This document shows positions 21,313-30,416 of a stretch of DNA of 64,000 nt, piece after piece (position 1 is the first letter of the stretch; each line of letters starts with the position of its first letter). The notes under the pieces are model-generated. The model was not told where the DNA came from. It saw nothing but the letters and a program-made list of their open reading frames with translations, and searched no databases. Origin of the DNA: Syntrophorhabdaceae bacterium. Lineage in GTDB: Bacteria; Desulfobacterota; Syntrophorhabdia; Syntrophorhabdales; Syntrophorhabdaceae. The position numbers and the translations under genes were made by a program. The stretch is from positions 5,216,001 to 5,280,000 of the forward strand of contig OY762209.1 in NCBI GenBank assembly GCA_963665295.1, given 5' to 3'.

Positions 21313-21347
21313 CCTTATAATGGTATCAATTGGGTACCATTATAAGG
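21313..21347. promoter_or_regulatory. Perfect 13-bp inverted repeat (operator or terminator hairpin)
   Basis: CCTTATAATGGTA-N9-TACCATTATAAGG. Confidence 0.6.
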
Positions 21348-21400
21348 CTATATTAATATCATTTATTTTTCTGGTCTTTGTGCTATCACTTAATCATCCT

Positions 21401-21582
21401 CGGGGGGATGGCAGGGATTGTACCGAGTTGCATTCACGAATGCGTCACGTTACGGCTCACAGGCGGTAAGGACGCACTTTATGGATGCGACTCGGTATTA
21501 CCACAGTTCCTGTAAACCATCGTGCTGTGCATCGGACAAAACCCTAATTTGCACCGGAGTCCTTGACGCCGTCCCCCCGCCA
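21401..21582 (+). ncRNA. Candidate structured non-coding RNA (unassigned family)
   Basis: Closing stem 21401-21419/21558-21579; 16-bp stem 21421-21436/21482-21497; inner and side stems; non-WC pairs in the long stems are all G-U on the + strand. Confidence 0.6.
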
Positions 21583-21659
21583 ACCTACAGGTATCCGCAT
21601 TTCCCCCTTCCCCGGGCCCTTCCCGTTTGCCGCAGACACTAGTCCCGAAGGTTTTGGTA

Positions 21660-21688
21660 TTGACGCGTCCCGCGGTTCCTGATATAAG
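21660..21688 (+). promoter_or_regulatory. Sigma70-type promoter, probably leaderless
   Basis: TTGACG-17-TATAAG, 6 nt before ATG 21695, no SD. Confidence 0.65.
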
Positions 21689-21694
21689 TCTTTG

Positions 21695-23008
21695 ATGTCC
21701 CGGAACCACGAAACGGTCTCCCTTGCGGCACGTCTCGACATGACCTATTTCTCCCTGGTCATGGGATTCGTGGAGGAATCAGCGGGCGCCTTCGGTATGG
21801 AAAAGGCCGATACCTTGAAGCTGAGGCTCGCCTGTGAAGAGGTCTTCAGCTACCTCATGTCATCGGACCAAAAGGGCAAAGTTCTCACTGTCGAGGCGGA
21901 AAACGGTGTGTACTACGTGGAGGCAAGGTTCCTCTTCGACGCCCGCCGTTTCGACCCGCGCGCCTTCGAGTTCAACATAGAGGACCATGCCGATCCCGAA
22001 ACAAGTCTCGCGGGAATGGGCCTCATCATCGCGTCCAGGTTTGCGGACAACCTCTATCTCCTCCACGAATCCGGATCAAAGCCCGGCGTGGCGGTGGTAA
22101 AGGAAAAATCATATCCCGAGCCCGGAAACGTAACGATCGTCCCCGTAAAAACCGTCTCCCGCTTTCACGTGGCTTCCCCCGACGCGGAGACACTGAAACT
22201 TTTCGTCCGTCAGGTCACCGCCTTCTATCCTTCCCGGTCCTATCCCCCGGATTTTCATTTTCCCGGCAAGGTGGTAGACATGGTTGAGGGCGGAACCTAT
22301 CGGGTCCTTGTCGCGTCCGGCGTTGAAGCCGGTACGGCAGGGGGGATAGTGTGGCATATTGCGAGCGCCCGCATGGTGGAGGTCTTCGGCCCTTATCTTT
22401 TCAATCAGCCCCCGGAATACGGCATGTCCGCAGCATTGATGGATCATCTTCTCATGGCCGTGGCAAAATCGAACGCCACAGGCATGATCGCCGTCTACCC
22501 GACGCCGGAACTGCCCGGAGAATACTTTGAATCCTTGGGAACCATGGATTATGCGGGCCCCGATGGGCAGCGTGAACAATGGTCCTTTTATTTCAGGCAG
22601 TTGAAGGAAGACCCGGGGTTGCAAGTGTGGGCCCATGCCGATCTCACGCCATTTCTCACCAGGGAATATGGGCGCCTCTTCTTTGCCAGAGAGGTGCTGA
22701 CCGCCAGGGATGAGGGCGAGGCTCGCCTGCCCCACTCGGTCTTCTCCCTCAATTTCAACCACCATCGAAGTCTTGTCCGGCTCCGCCTCCTGTGGGACGG
22801 CGCCGATGCCGCAACTATACTCCTCAACCACGTAAAAGCACTCGTTGCCGAAGGCTTTGCGAATATCCTCTTCCATCTCGATCTCGGTTACCCCCGACAT
22901 GCCTACCTCACTCCCACGCTTCAGAACCTCGGGTTCGTTCCGCGACTCATACTGCCCTACGCGGGCAAGGCGGATATCGTCGTCTTCCAATATACCCGTG
23001 ACCGATAA
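21695..23008 (+). CDS. Hypothetical protein: N-terminal RsbW/GHKL-like domain plus GNAT-like region
   Basis: LRLACEEVF...FDP...GMGLIIASRFADNL resembles anti-sigma HATPase; C-terminal fold inferred. Confidence 0.75.
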   Translation: MSRNHETVSLAARLDMTYFSLVMGFVEESAGAFGMEKADTLKLRLACEEVFSYLMSSDQKGKVLTVEAENGVYYVEARFLFDARRFDPRAFEFNIEDHADPETSLAGMGLIIASRFADNLYLLHESGSKPGVAVVKEKSYPEPGNVTIVPVKTVSRFHVASPDAETLKLFVRQVTAFYPSRSYPPDFHFPGKVVDMVEGGTYRVLVASGVEAGTAGGIVWHIASARMVEVFGPYLFNQPPEYGMSAALMDHLLMAVAKSNATGMIAVYPTPELPGEYFESLGTMDYAGPDGQREQWSFYFRQLKEDPGLQVWAHADLTPFLTREYGRLFFAREVLTARDEGEARLPHSVFSLNFNHHRSLVRLRLLWDGADAATILLNHVKALVAEGFANILFHLDLGYPRHAYLTPTLQNLGFVPRLILPYAGKADIVVFQYTRDR

Positions 23009-24134
23009 ACCTTTGTTCCGCCTTTCCCTGGACGACCTCGTCCCTGAGTATGTCAAGGCATTTCAGCCCTACATCCCCGGTAAGCCCGATCAGGAACTCA
23101 TGAAGATGTACGGTTGCGACCGCCTCTACCGGCTCAATAACAACGAGAACCCCCTGGGGCCGCCTCCCGCTGCCCGGGACGCGATAAGGCGGTTTGACAC
23201 GTCGAGAGTAAGCCTCTATCCAAACGGCGATTCGTACTATCTGCGCCAAAGACTTGCGGAGAAATACCGCCTTGACCCGGGCCAATTCCTCTTCGGCAAC
23301 GGGGCGAATGAGGTCATAGCCTTTGTAATCAAAGCCTTTTGCCGGGAAGGCGACAATATCATCACCGCAGACAAGACCTTTGCCGTTTACGAATGGGTGG
23401 CCACCTTCTCCGGTCTGGAATCGAGGCTCGTGCCCCTGAAGGACTTCGCTTTTGACGATGAGGGGATGGTTGCGCGAATCGACGAACGCACCAAACTGAT
23501 CTTCCTCTGCAATCCCAACAACCCCACCGGTTCATACTGGGACGAACCGAAACTTCGTCGTTTTCTCCATACCGTTTCAGGACGCCGGATAGTAGTCCTC
23601 GACGAGGCTTATTACGAATTCGTCGAGAAACCGGACTTCCCCGACGGCATCAAACTCGTGAGCGAATATCCGAATCTTGTGGTTTTCAGGACCTTCTCCA
23701 AAATGTACGGTCTCGCGGCCCTGAGAATCGGCTATCTCGCGGGAAGCCCTGAAGTCGTGGACATCATACGGCGTACGTGCGTCGTCTACTCCGTGAACAC
23801 ACTCGCTCAGGACGCCGCCCTCGCCGCCATCGACGATGACGCCCATATTGCCCTTACCCGCGACCTCGTGAGGAGGGAAAAAACATATTTGCTCGCGGAA
23901 TTGGGCGCCCTCGGGCTCGAGACCCGTTCCGGAGAAGGTTGCTTCGTCATGGCCAGATTCCCCATGAGCGACACCCTCGCATACCGCAAGTACATGTCCC
24001 AGGGAATCATGATCCGCAGCATGACGGGGTTCAGATTCCCCAACTGGATCCGGGTGAGCGTGGGAAGGCACGAGGCCATGGAGGCGTTCATTATTGCGAC
24101 GCGCCGCATCCTCGCGGGAGACGCGACACGGTGA
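22998..24134 (+). CDS. Histidinol-phosphate aminotransferase family PLP enzyme (HisC/CobD-like)
   Basis: LNNNENP, CNPNNPTG, DEAY, RTFSKMYGLAALRIG; GTG start overlaps upstream gene. Confidence 0.9.
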   Translation: MTDKPLFRLSLDDLVPEYVKAFQPYIPGKPDQELMKMYGCDRLYRLNNNENPLGPPPAARDAIRRFDTSRVSLYPNGDSYYLRQRLAEKYRLDPGQFLFGNGANEVIAFVIKAFCREGDNIITADKTFAVYEWVATFSGLESRLVPLKDFAFDDEGMVARIDERTKLIFLCNPNNPTGSYWDEPKLRRFLHTVSGRRIVVLDEAYYEFVEKPDFPDGIKLVSEYPNLVVFRTFSKMYGLAALRIGYLAGSPEVVDIIRRTCVVYSVNTLAQDAALAAIDDDAHIALTRDLVRREKTYLLAELGALGLETRSGEGCFVMARFPMSDTLAYRKYMSQGIMIRSMTGFRFPNWIRVSVGRHEAMEAFIIATRRILAGDATR

Positions 24135-24246
24135 GCGCCCTGGAGCGAAACGCGGAATCAGGAAGGCTGAAAAACAGTCCGGGACATCTTCCCGGCGGCC
24201 CCCGGACAAGGATCGGCGGTCATATCTTTGCATAGGAGAGATTATC

Positions 24247-25275
24247 ATGAAGGATCATGAACCTCAAATCGAGGCGGAACAGGAATTCGCGGTCCGGGCA
24301 TTCCGGCCCGGGGATGCGCAAGGAGTGGCCGACCTCTTCACAAAAGTATACGGCAACGCGTACCCGGTCAAACTGGTGTACAATCCCGGACAACTGGTGG
24401 ACGCCTTCAATGCCTCGGAGACCATACCTATGGTGGCGTGTACCGGGAAGGGTGAAGTGGTGGGATATGAGGCGTTTTACCGGTCTGCCCCGAACCCCAG
24501 GCTCTACGAACTCGGACAGGGCCTTATCCTCCCATCTTACCGGAACCTCGGGATCGCGGGCAGATTCCATGCATATGCGTACAACGTCATGGCGTCCGAG
24601 ATGGAAATGGACGTCATCTTCGCCGAACCCGTCTGCAACCATGTGTTTATGCAAAAATCGTTGACCCCGTTCCGGAGTATCGTGACTGCCCTGGAGGTCG
24701 ATCTTATGCCTGCCGAAGCATATGCGAAGGAACAGAGCGCATCGGGAAGGGTCTCCGTCCTCAGCATGTTCACCACCTGTCGTTCAAGGCCTCACGTGAT
24801 CTATTTGCCCCCAAGGCACGCCGACGCCCTCACATATATCTATGGGGGTTTCGACGACAGTCGCACCCTGATGCCGGCTCCGGAAAAGGCAACGGCCGAA
24901 CCGCCTTCTTCGATCATCGAGGTGCAGATATTCGACGTCGCCGGGGTGGCCCGCATGGCGGTGCGCGAGGCCGGGGAGGATTTCTCCGCCGCCTTTGCCG
25001 GCGAGGAAGAACGGGCCCTCGGCCGGGGCGTGACCATATTGCAGGTGTGGATCAAGCTCTCGTGGCCCTGGGTCGGGGTAATTGCGGAATATCTCCGGGG
25101 GAGAGGCTACTTTCTGGGAGGGGCTCTGCCCGGATGGTTCGGTGAGGATGGGCTTCTCATGCAAAAAGTCATGGGTACGCCGAACTGGGAAGGAATACGC
25201 CTCTATACGGACCGGGCGCACAAAGTCATGGAACTTGTCCGGACCGACTGGCGATCCCTCCGGGATGAAGGGTGA
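24247..25275 (+). CDS. GNAT-fold hypothetical protein
   Basis: VRAFRPGDA start, PSYRNLGIA acyl-CoA motif A; SD aggag. Confidence 0.8.
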   Translation: MKDHEPQIEAEQEFAVRAFRPGDAQGVADLFTKVYGNAYPVKLVYNPGQLVDAFNASETIPMVACTGKGEVVGYEAFYRSAPNPRLYELGQGLILPSYRNLGIAGRFHAYAYNVMASEMEMDVIFAEPVCNHVFMQKSLTPFRSIVTALEVDLMPAEAYAKEQSASGRVSVLSMFTTCRSRPHVIYLPPRHADALTYIYGGFDDSRTLMPAPEKATAEPPSSIIEVQIFDVAGVARMAVREAGEDFSAAFAGEEERALGRGVTILQVWIKLSWPWVGVIAEYLRGRGYFLGGALPGWFGEDGLLMQKVMGTPNWEGIRLYTDRAHKVMELVRTDWRSLRDEG

Positions 25276-25310
25276 AAAAAGGGCCGGCACGCAACGCCCG
25301 TGCCGGCCCT
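25275..25310 (-). terminator. Intrinsic terminator
   Basis: 11-bp GC stem gggccggcacg/cgtgccggccc with T6 tail on minus strand. Confidence 0.8.
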
Positions 25311-25335
25311 GAAAGAACGCCCGAAGGCGCGACCT

Positions 25336-27123
25336 TTACTTAACCGTTTTCAGACGCAGGGTGAGACTGTTCACGGCGCCGGCCTTTACCTTGAATGAGG
25401 CTGTGGCCGTACCGGTCTTCCCGTTATTGACCCGGGTCACCGTAATCTTTGCCTTCCCCGCAGGCAGGCCGGTCAAACGGAATGTTCCCGTGCCGGTGGT
25501 CCCCACCTTTAAAACAGTCTTACCGATCGTGACGGCTACCTCTACCTTCACATCAGCCGCCGGGTCATTGACGGGCTTTCCCTTCTCATCCATCACGCGT
25601 ACATGAAGGGGGTTGATGCCCGTCTCTGCCACCAATAATGTGGCGGAGAATGGAGCCTGGCTTCCGGCCAGATCCAGAAAGACAAACTGCCCCACCGCCA
25701 GCTTGGCCGGAGTAATGGGACGCTTGTTGTCATCCACAAGGGTCGCCGTGGTGATGTCCACCACCACACCGAGGACGGTGACATTGGAGCCCGCCGGATC
25801 AATAGCCTCAAGGGGGGCGGCTATCTTCACCGCAGTATTGAACCCGCCGCGGTTTACCCTGGTCGCGGTGAGCAGGTTCGTCTGAGCACCGGGAACATCG
25901 CTGATGAGTTCCACTTCCGCCATCCTACCCACCACGAGGTTCGCGCAGGTCAGGCCGGGATGGTGGCCACGTCGCTCTTCCGGGCCGAATTTCGCATTAC
26001 TTACGTCGATAGTGAGTCCCAGCACGTTTATGGTCGCAGGTGAGGCGGCGCAGTTGACCGCCTCGAGGGGTCCTCGTATCTTGATCTGTCTGATGTTGAC
26101 CTGCAGTTCATCGGCAACCAGGGGCGCCTGGTTTGAGCTTAGTTCCAGCTTGCCGAACTGGCCCATTTTCAGTTGACTTGCGGTAATGGGGTCTTCTTCA
26201 TCGTTGAGCAGGGTCGCTCCCGCGATATCGACGACAAGACTCAGGACCGTAACGTTGGCGCCCGCCGGGTCGACGGCCTGGAGCGGGGCGGCGATTATGA
26301 CGTCATCTTCCCTGTGCCCCCGCATGTCCACCTCGGTGGCCGCAAATCTGCCCGTCCCGTCGGGTGTATCACCGGTGAGATAGGCTTCGACCACCTGACC
26401 CGCCGCGAGGTTTGCGCAGGTTACGACGCCGCTTTTGTGCCACGTAGGCCCGAAGGTCGCCTTGCTCACGTCGATGGTCAGGCCGAGCAAGTTTATGGTG
26501 GCGGGCACGGCAGCGCAGTCGACCGCGTCGAGGGGCGCCTGTACCTTCACCTGGTTTATCCTGACCTGGAGCTTCGTTGCGACAAGAGGGGCCTGATTCG
26601 AAGCAATGGTCACACCCGCAAACTGACCCACTGCCAACTGGCTCACCGTAACAGGATGTTTCTTGTCATTCAAGAGAGTCGCCGTGGTGATGTCAACGAC
26701 CAGGCCGAGGACGGTGACGTTGGCGCCCGCCGGATCGAGGGCCTGGAGCGGGGCGGCGACCTTTACGCCCGTATTGCCTTTTCCCTGAACGGCTACGGCG
26801 GTCGCGGTGAGCAGGCTGGTTGCCGTATCAGGAATGTCGGTGCTCAATTTTACTTCCACGGTACGGCCCACCGTCAAATCGGCGCACGTCAGGCTCGGGT
26901 GATGCTTGCGGCTCCGATCGATGCCAAGGTCTGCATTGCTTATGTCCATGGGGAGACCAAGCACGCTTATGGTCGCGGGCGCAGCAGCGCAGTTGACCGC
27001 GTCGAGGGGCGCCTGTACGGTCACCTCCGTGCGGTGGTTATCACCGGACGCAAATACGGCGGACGAAAAACCTGCCATCAGAAAGGCAATACCTATGAAA
27101 CAAGTCAGTCTTTTCCAATACAT
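25336..27123 (-). CDS. Secreted repeat protein: six DUF5666-like beta repeats plus C-terminal beta-sandwich domain
   Basis: Signal peptide; three A+B repeat pairs (APLxAVxC.../APLxAxDPAGxNVTVL...). Confidence 0.88.
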   Translation of the reverse strand: MYWKRLTCFIGIAFLMAGFSSAVFASGDNHRTEVTVQAPLDAVNCAAAPATISVLGLPMDISNADLGIDRSRKHHPSLTCADLTVGRTVEVKLSTDIPDTATSLLTATAVAVQGKGNTGVKVAAPLQALDPAGANVTVLGLVVDITTATLLNDKKHPVTVSQLAVGQFAGVTIASNQAPLVATKLQVRINQVKVQAPLDAVDCAAVPATINLLGLTIDVSKATFGPTWHKSGVVTCANLAAGQVVEAYLTGDTPDGTGRFAATEVDMRGHREDDVIIAAPLQAVDPAGANVTVLSLVVDIAGATLLNDEEDPITASQLKMGQFGKLELSSNQAPLVADELQVNIRQIKIRGPLEAVNCAASPATINVLGLTIDVSNAKFGPEERRGHHPGLTCANLVVGRMAEVELISDVPGAQTNLLTATRVNRGGFNTAVKIAAPLEAIDPAGSNVTVLGVVVDITTATLVDDNKRPITPAKLAVGQFVFLDLAGSQAPFSATLLVAETGINPLHVRVMDEKGKPVNDPAADVKVEVAVTIGKTVLKVGTTGTGTFRLTGLPAGKAKITVTRVNNGKTGTATASFKVKAGAVNSLTLRLKTVK

Positions 27124-27637
27124 TTGAAACCTCCCGATAAGTTGGACCGATCTCTGTTCAATGCCGCGAAAGGAAGTCGATCATGTCTGTATTATCCTAT
27201 ACGCCCTGTCGGGAAAACCATGTCTCCTGCCGATGCCCGGACAGGCGTCGCAATCCGTGAGGCTCTCCGTTCCTCCATTTTCATAATAACCACGCACATC
27301 CGGCGGAGGACCACAAAGAACACCACGGGGATTGCACATACCAATGTTCATTAAACTACTCATGTATTATCCGTCAACTATAGTTTAGAGACTCTTCAAT
27401 GTCAATCCTTATTTGCATTTCAATTACTAGCAACTTAGTAGTATCACAATGTGTTGATCGCCCTCGCGAGCCCCTATTTCGCCTCTTCGCGCCTTTGCCG
27501 CGGGACAGGTGATCGAAGACGCGCTTCGTATAACGGTTTTACCGAAACCGCTGAGACATCTCAATGACGTGGGTCACTCTTATCGTCGTGAGGATGGACG
27601 GGTCCGGCGTCTCATCTTTCTATTGACAATTAACCTT

Positions 27638-27666
27638 TTGCAATTCCCACGTATAAATGTTACTAT
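27638..27666 (+). promoter_or_regulatory. Sigma70-type promoter of helicase gene
   Basis: TTGCAA-17-TACTAT with extended TG. Confidence 0.5.
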
Positions 27667-27776
27667 ATACCCTGCTGTTTTCCACTGACCTGCCGGCCGG
27701 AAGCAAAACGTAGATTTCTTAAATTGTTAAACTACGATATAACAGGAACAGAAAAAGGAGAAAGAAATACAAGAAT

Positions 27777-29348
27777 ATGGAACCCTTAAAATTTGAAGAT
27801 CTAAATTTGTCGAAAGAGCTTCGGAAAGCCATTGAAAACATGGGCTTTGAAGAAGCAACACCCATCCAGTCAGAGGCAATACCTCTCATATTGGAAGGAA
27901 AAGACGTCATCGGCCAGGCCCAGACAGGAACCGGAAAAACGGTGGCCTTCGGAATACCCATCCTTGAGATGGTCCAACCGAAGAACAGAAAACCCCAGGC
28001 AATCATACTCTGCCCCACCAGAGAGTTGGCGATACAGGTAGCGGAGGAATTCAAGAAACTCTCGAAGTACAAGAAGGATGTGGCGGTTTTACCCATATAC
28101 GGCGGGCAGCCCATAGACCGGCAGATCTTTGCGCTCAAGAAGGGCGTACAGATCATCATCGGCACACCCGGGCGCACCATAGACCATATCCGGCGAGGCA
28201 ACCTGAAACTGGACAATGTGAAAGTGGTGGTCCTCGACGAAGCGGACGAGATGCTCGACATGGGATTTATCGACGATATCGAGACAATCCTCAGGGATAC
28301 ACCGAAGGAGCGCCAGACCCTCCTCTTTTCCGCCACCATGCCGAGACCTATCCTCGAACTCACCAAGAGGTATCAGAACAATCCCCAGTTGGCCAAGGTG
28401 GTCCATAAGCAACTGACCGTGCCCAACGTGGAACAGGTATATTTCGAAGTGAAGGAGAGCATGAAACTCGAGGCCCTGTCGAGGCTTATCGACATGCACG
28501 ATCTGAAGCTCTCTCTCGTATTCTGCAACACCAAGAGACGGGTTGATGAGGTCGTGGCGAACCTGCAGGTCCGCGGCTACCTTGCTGACGGCCTTCACGG
28601 AGATATGACCCAGGCCCAGAGGGACCGGACAATGGGTAAGTTCAGGAGCAATGCCTTTGAGATACTCGTGGCCACCGACGTGGCGGCACGAGGCATAGAT
28701 GTGGACGGCATAGAAGCGGTTTTCAACTATGACCTCCCCCAGAATGAAGAATATTACGTCCACAGGATCGGGAGAACCGCCAGGATGGGAAAAGCCGGCA
28801 GGGCCTTCACCTTTGCCGTGGGAAAAGAGGTTTACAAACTCAGGGAGATCCAGAATTACGCAAACGTGAAGATCGAGCGCCAGAAGGTACCTTCCGTGAA
28901 CGACGTGGAAGCGATCCGGCTCAACACCTTCCTTGACAAGGTAAAAGAAGAGGTGGAAAAGGGCGGACTTGAACATTACACCAACCTGGTGGAACGCCTT
29001 ATCGACGAGGATTACGCCTCGGTGGATATCGCGGCGGCGTTGCTCAAGCTGAGCATGGGGGCCGACAACGACAATCGTGGTGATTTTGACGACGAGGGCA
29101 ACCTCAAGGACGAGATGACGCGCCTCTTCATCAATATAGGACGGAGTCAGAAAATAGACGTGAAGGATGTGCTCGGCGCGGTGGCAGGAGAGACAGGCAT
29201 ACCGGGAAAACGCATCGGTAAGATCGAGGTCTTTGACAAACATACCTTCATCGAGGTGCCCAAGAAGTTTGCCCAGGACGTAATCAACATCATGAACAAT
29301 AACCAGATCAAAGGCACCAAGATAAAAATAGACTGGGCTGCCAAGTAA
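27777..29348 (+). CDS. deaD: DEAD-box RNA helicase with C-terminal DbpA-type RNA-binding domain
   Basis: AQTGTGKT, PTRELA, DEAD, SAT, HRIGRTAR. Confidence 0.93.
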   Translation: MEPLKFEDLNLSKELRKAIENMGFEEATPIQSEAIPLILEGKDVIGQAQTGTGKTVAFGIPILEMVQPKNRKPQAIILCPTRELAIQVAEEFKKLSKYKKDVAVLPIYGGQPIDRQIFALKKGVQIIIGTPGRTIDHIRRGNLKLDNVKVVVLDEADEMLDMGFIDDIETILRDTPKERQTLLFSATMPRPILELTKRYQNNPQLAKVVHKQLTVPNVEQVYFEVKESMKLEALSRLIDMHDLKLSLVFCNTKRRVDEVVANLQVRGYLADGLHGDMTQAQRDRTMGKFRSNAFEILVATDVAARGIDVDGIEAVFNYDLPQNEEYYVHRIGRTARMGKAGRAFTFAVGKEVYKLREIQNYANVKIERQKVPSVNDVEAIRLNTFLDKVKEEVEKGGLEHYTNLVERLIDEDYASVDIAAALLKLSMGADNDNRGDFDDEGNLKDEMTRLFINIGRSQKIDVKDVLGAVAGETGIPGKRIGKIEVFDKHTFIEVPKKFAQDVINIMNNNQIKGTKIKIDWAAK

Positions 29349-29383
29349 TACGCAGCCGGGCGCCCTGTTCGAGGTATTTGCGC

Positions 29384-29909
29384 ATGTTACTTGAGATGCA
29401 CTGCATACCTCCCTGCACTCTTCGTGCAGTAATGTCACGGCCATGGACCTGGTGCAACAGGTCTACGGGAAGGGCCTTCAAGGCCTCATCATCACCGATC
29501 ACCATTACCTGTGGCCGGAAGATGAATTGCCGGCCTTGAGGAAAGAAGCAGAGGCGCCCGACCACTTCCTGATCCTCTCAGGACAGGAAGTTTTCACCTC
29601 CGATACGGGAGACAGTGTCTCCCGCAGGTATACGACGTAGGAACCTTTCTCGCCCAATTCAACAACCAGTTCCAGGGCTACCCCGAAATCCTCCGGGAAT
29701 TGCCGGAACAGGTATTCCTCAACGCCTGCCTCTCGCGGGCGGCAGATGTGACGGCGGACTTCGGCAATCAGGTGGACCTCTTTCGAGGGCGCACCGACCT
29801 CAGCATCGCCTCATACCTCATAAAGGTGGGTCTCGGCGAAAGCGAAAACCTCTGGCGTGTACTGATGGAAGCAGAACAGGCCCTCGCGCAATCAGGGCGT
29901 ACGGATTGA
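29384..29909 (+). pseudogene. Degraded PHP-domain / phosphotransferase-like gene
   Basis: MLLEMHC-(frameshift)-TSLHSSCS...ITDHH...GQEV then jump to YDVGTFLAQF...LIKVGLGESENLW. Confidence 0.7.
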
Positions 29910-29990
29910 CAGCTCGCGTGGGGAGACAGGAAAAAGTATCGTGGCCCCCGGTAAAGCCGTGCAGGGCCGGGCGTATCCTGCCCTATCCGA

Positions 29991-30416
29991 TCATGTGCCC
30001 CTTGGCTTGAACTTCGGAAGGGTTACCTCGCTCGTGACGTCGTCGAAGACGACTTCCACGGCCATGCCCACCTTGAGATCGGCGTTCGGACAACCCACCA
30101 CGGTGCTCATCATCCGTATGCCCTCCTCGATCTCGATGAGGGCGATGTTGTAAGGCGTGTCTCCCTCAAAACCAGGTGCACCCCGGTGACAGACGGTAAA
30201 GGAATACACGGTGCCGCGGCCGCCCGCCTTCACCCATTCCACATCAAAGGAAAAGCATGACGGGCAGAAGTCGCGAGGATAGAAGTGGTATTGCCCGCAA
30301 GCCCGGCACCTCCGGACCAGGAGCTCGTGGCGCGACGCGGCCTCCCAGTAAGGCTTCGTCTCATCGTGTATGTAGGGAAGCGGTTTCTTATAGCCTTTTT
30401 CCATATCGTCAATCAA
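29991..30416 (-). CDS. DUF35 Zn-ribbon/OB-fold protein
   Basis: CRACG...CPSC, GTVYSFT, LKVGMAV; overlaps thiolase stop. Confidence 0.9.
   Translation of the reverse strand: MIDDMEKGYKKPLPYIHDETKPYWEAASRHELLVRRCRACGQYHFYPRDFCPSCFSFDVEWVKAGGRGTVYSFTVCHRGAPGFEGDTPYNIALIEIEEGIRMMSTVVGCPNADLKVGMAVEVVFDDVTSEVTLPKFKPRGT

Noticed and set aside
21401..21582. Retron msr-msd or tRNA/tmRNA identity for the structured element (terminal inverted repeat, 3' GCCA)
   Set aside because: No reverse transcriptase in the window, hairpin order on the G-U-compatible strand is opposite to retrons, and there is no T-arm (GTTC) or cloverleaf
28089..29444. 451-aa minus-strand ORF
   Set aside because: Antisense shadow of the DEAD-box helicase, no recognisable motifs
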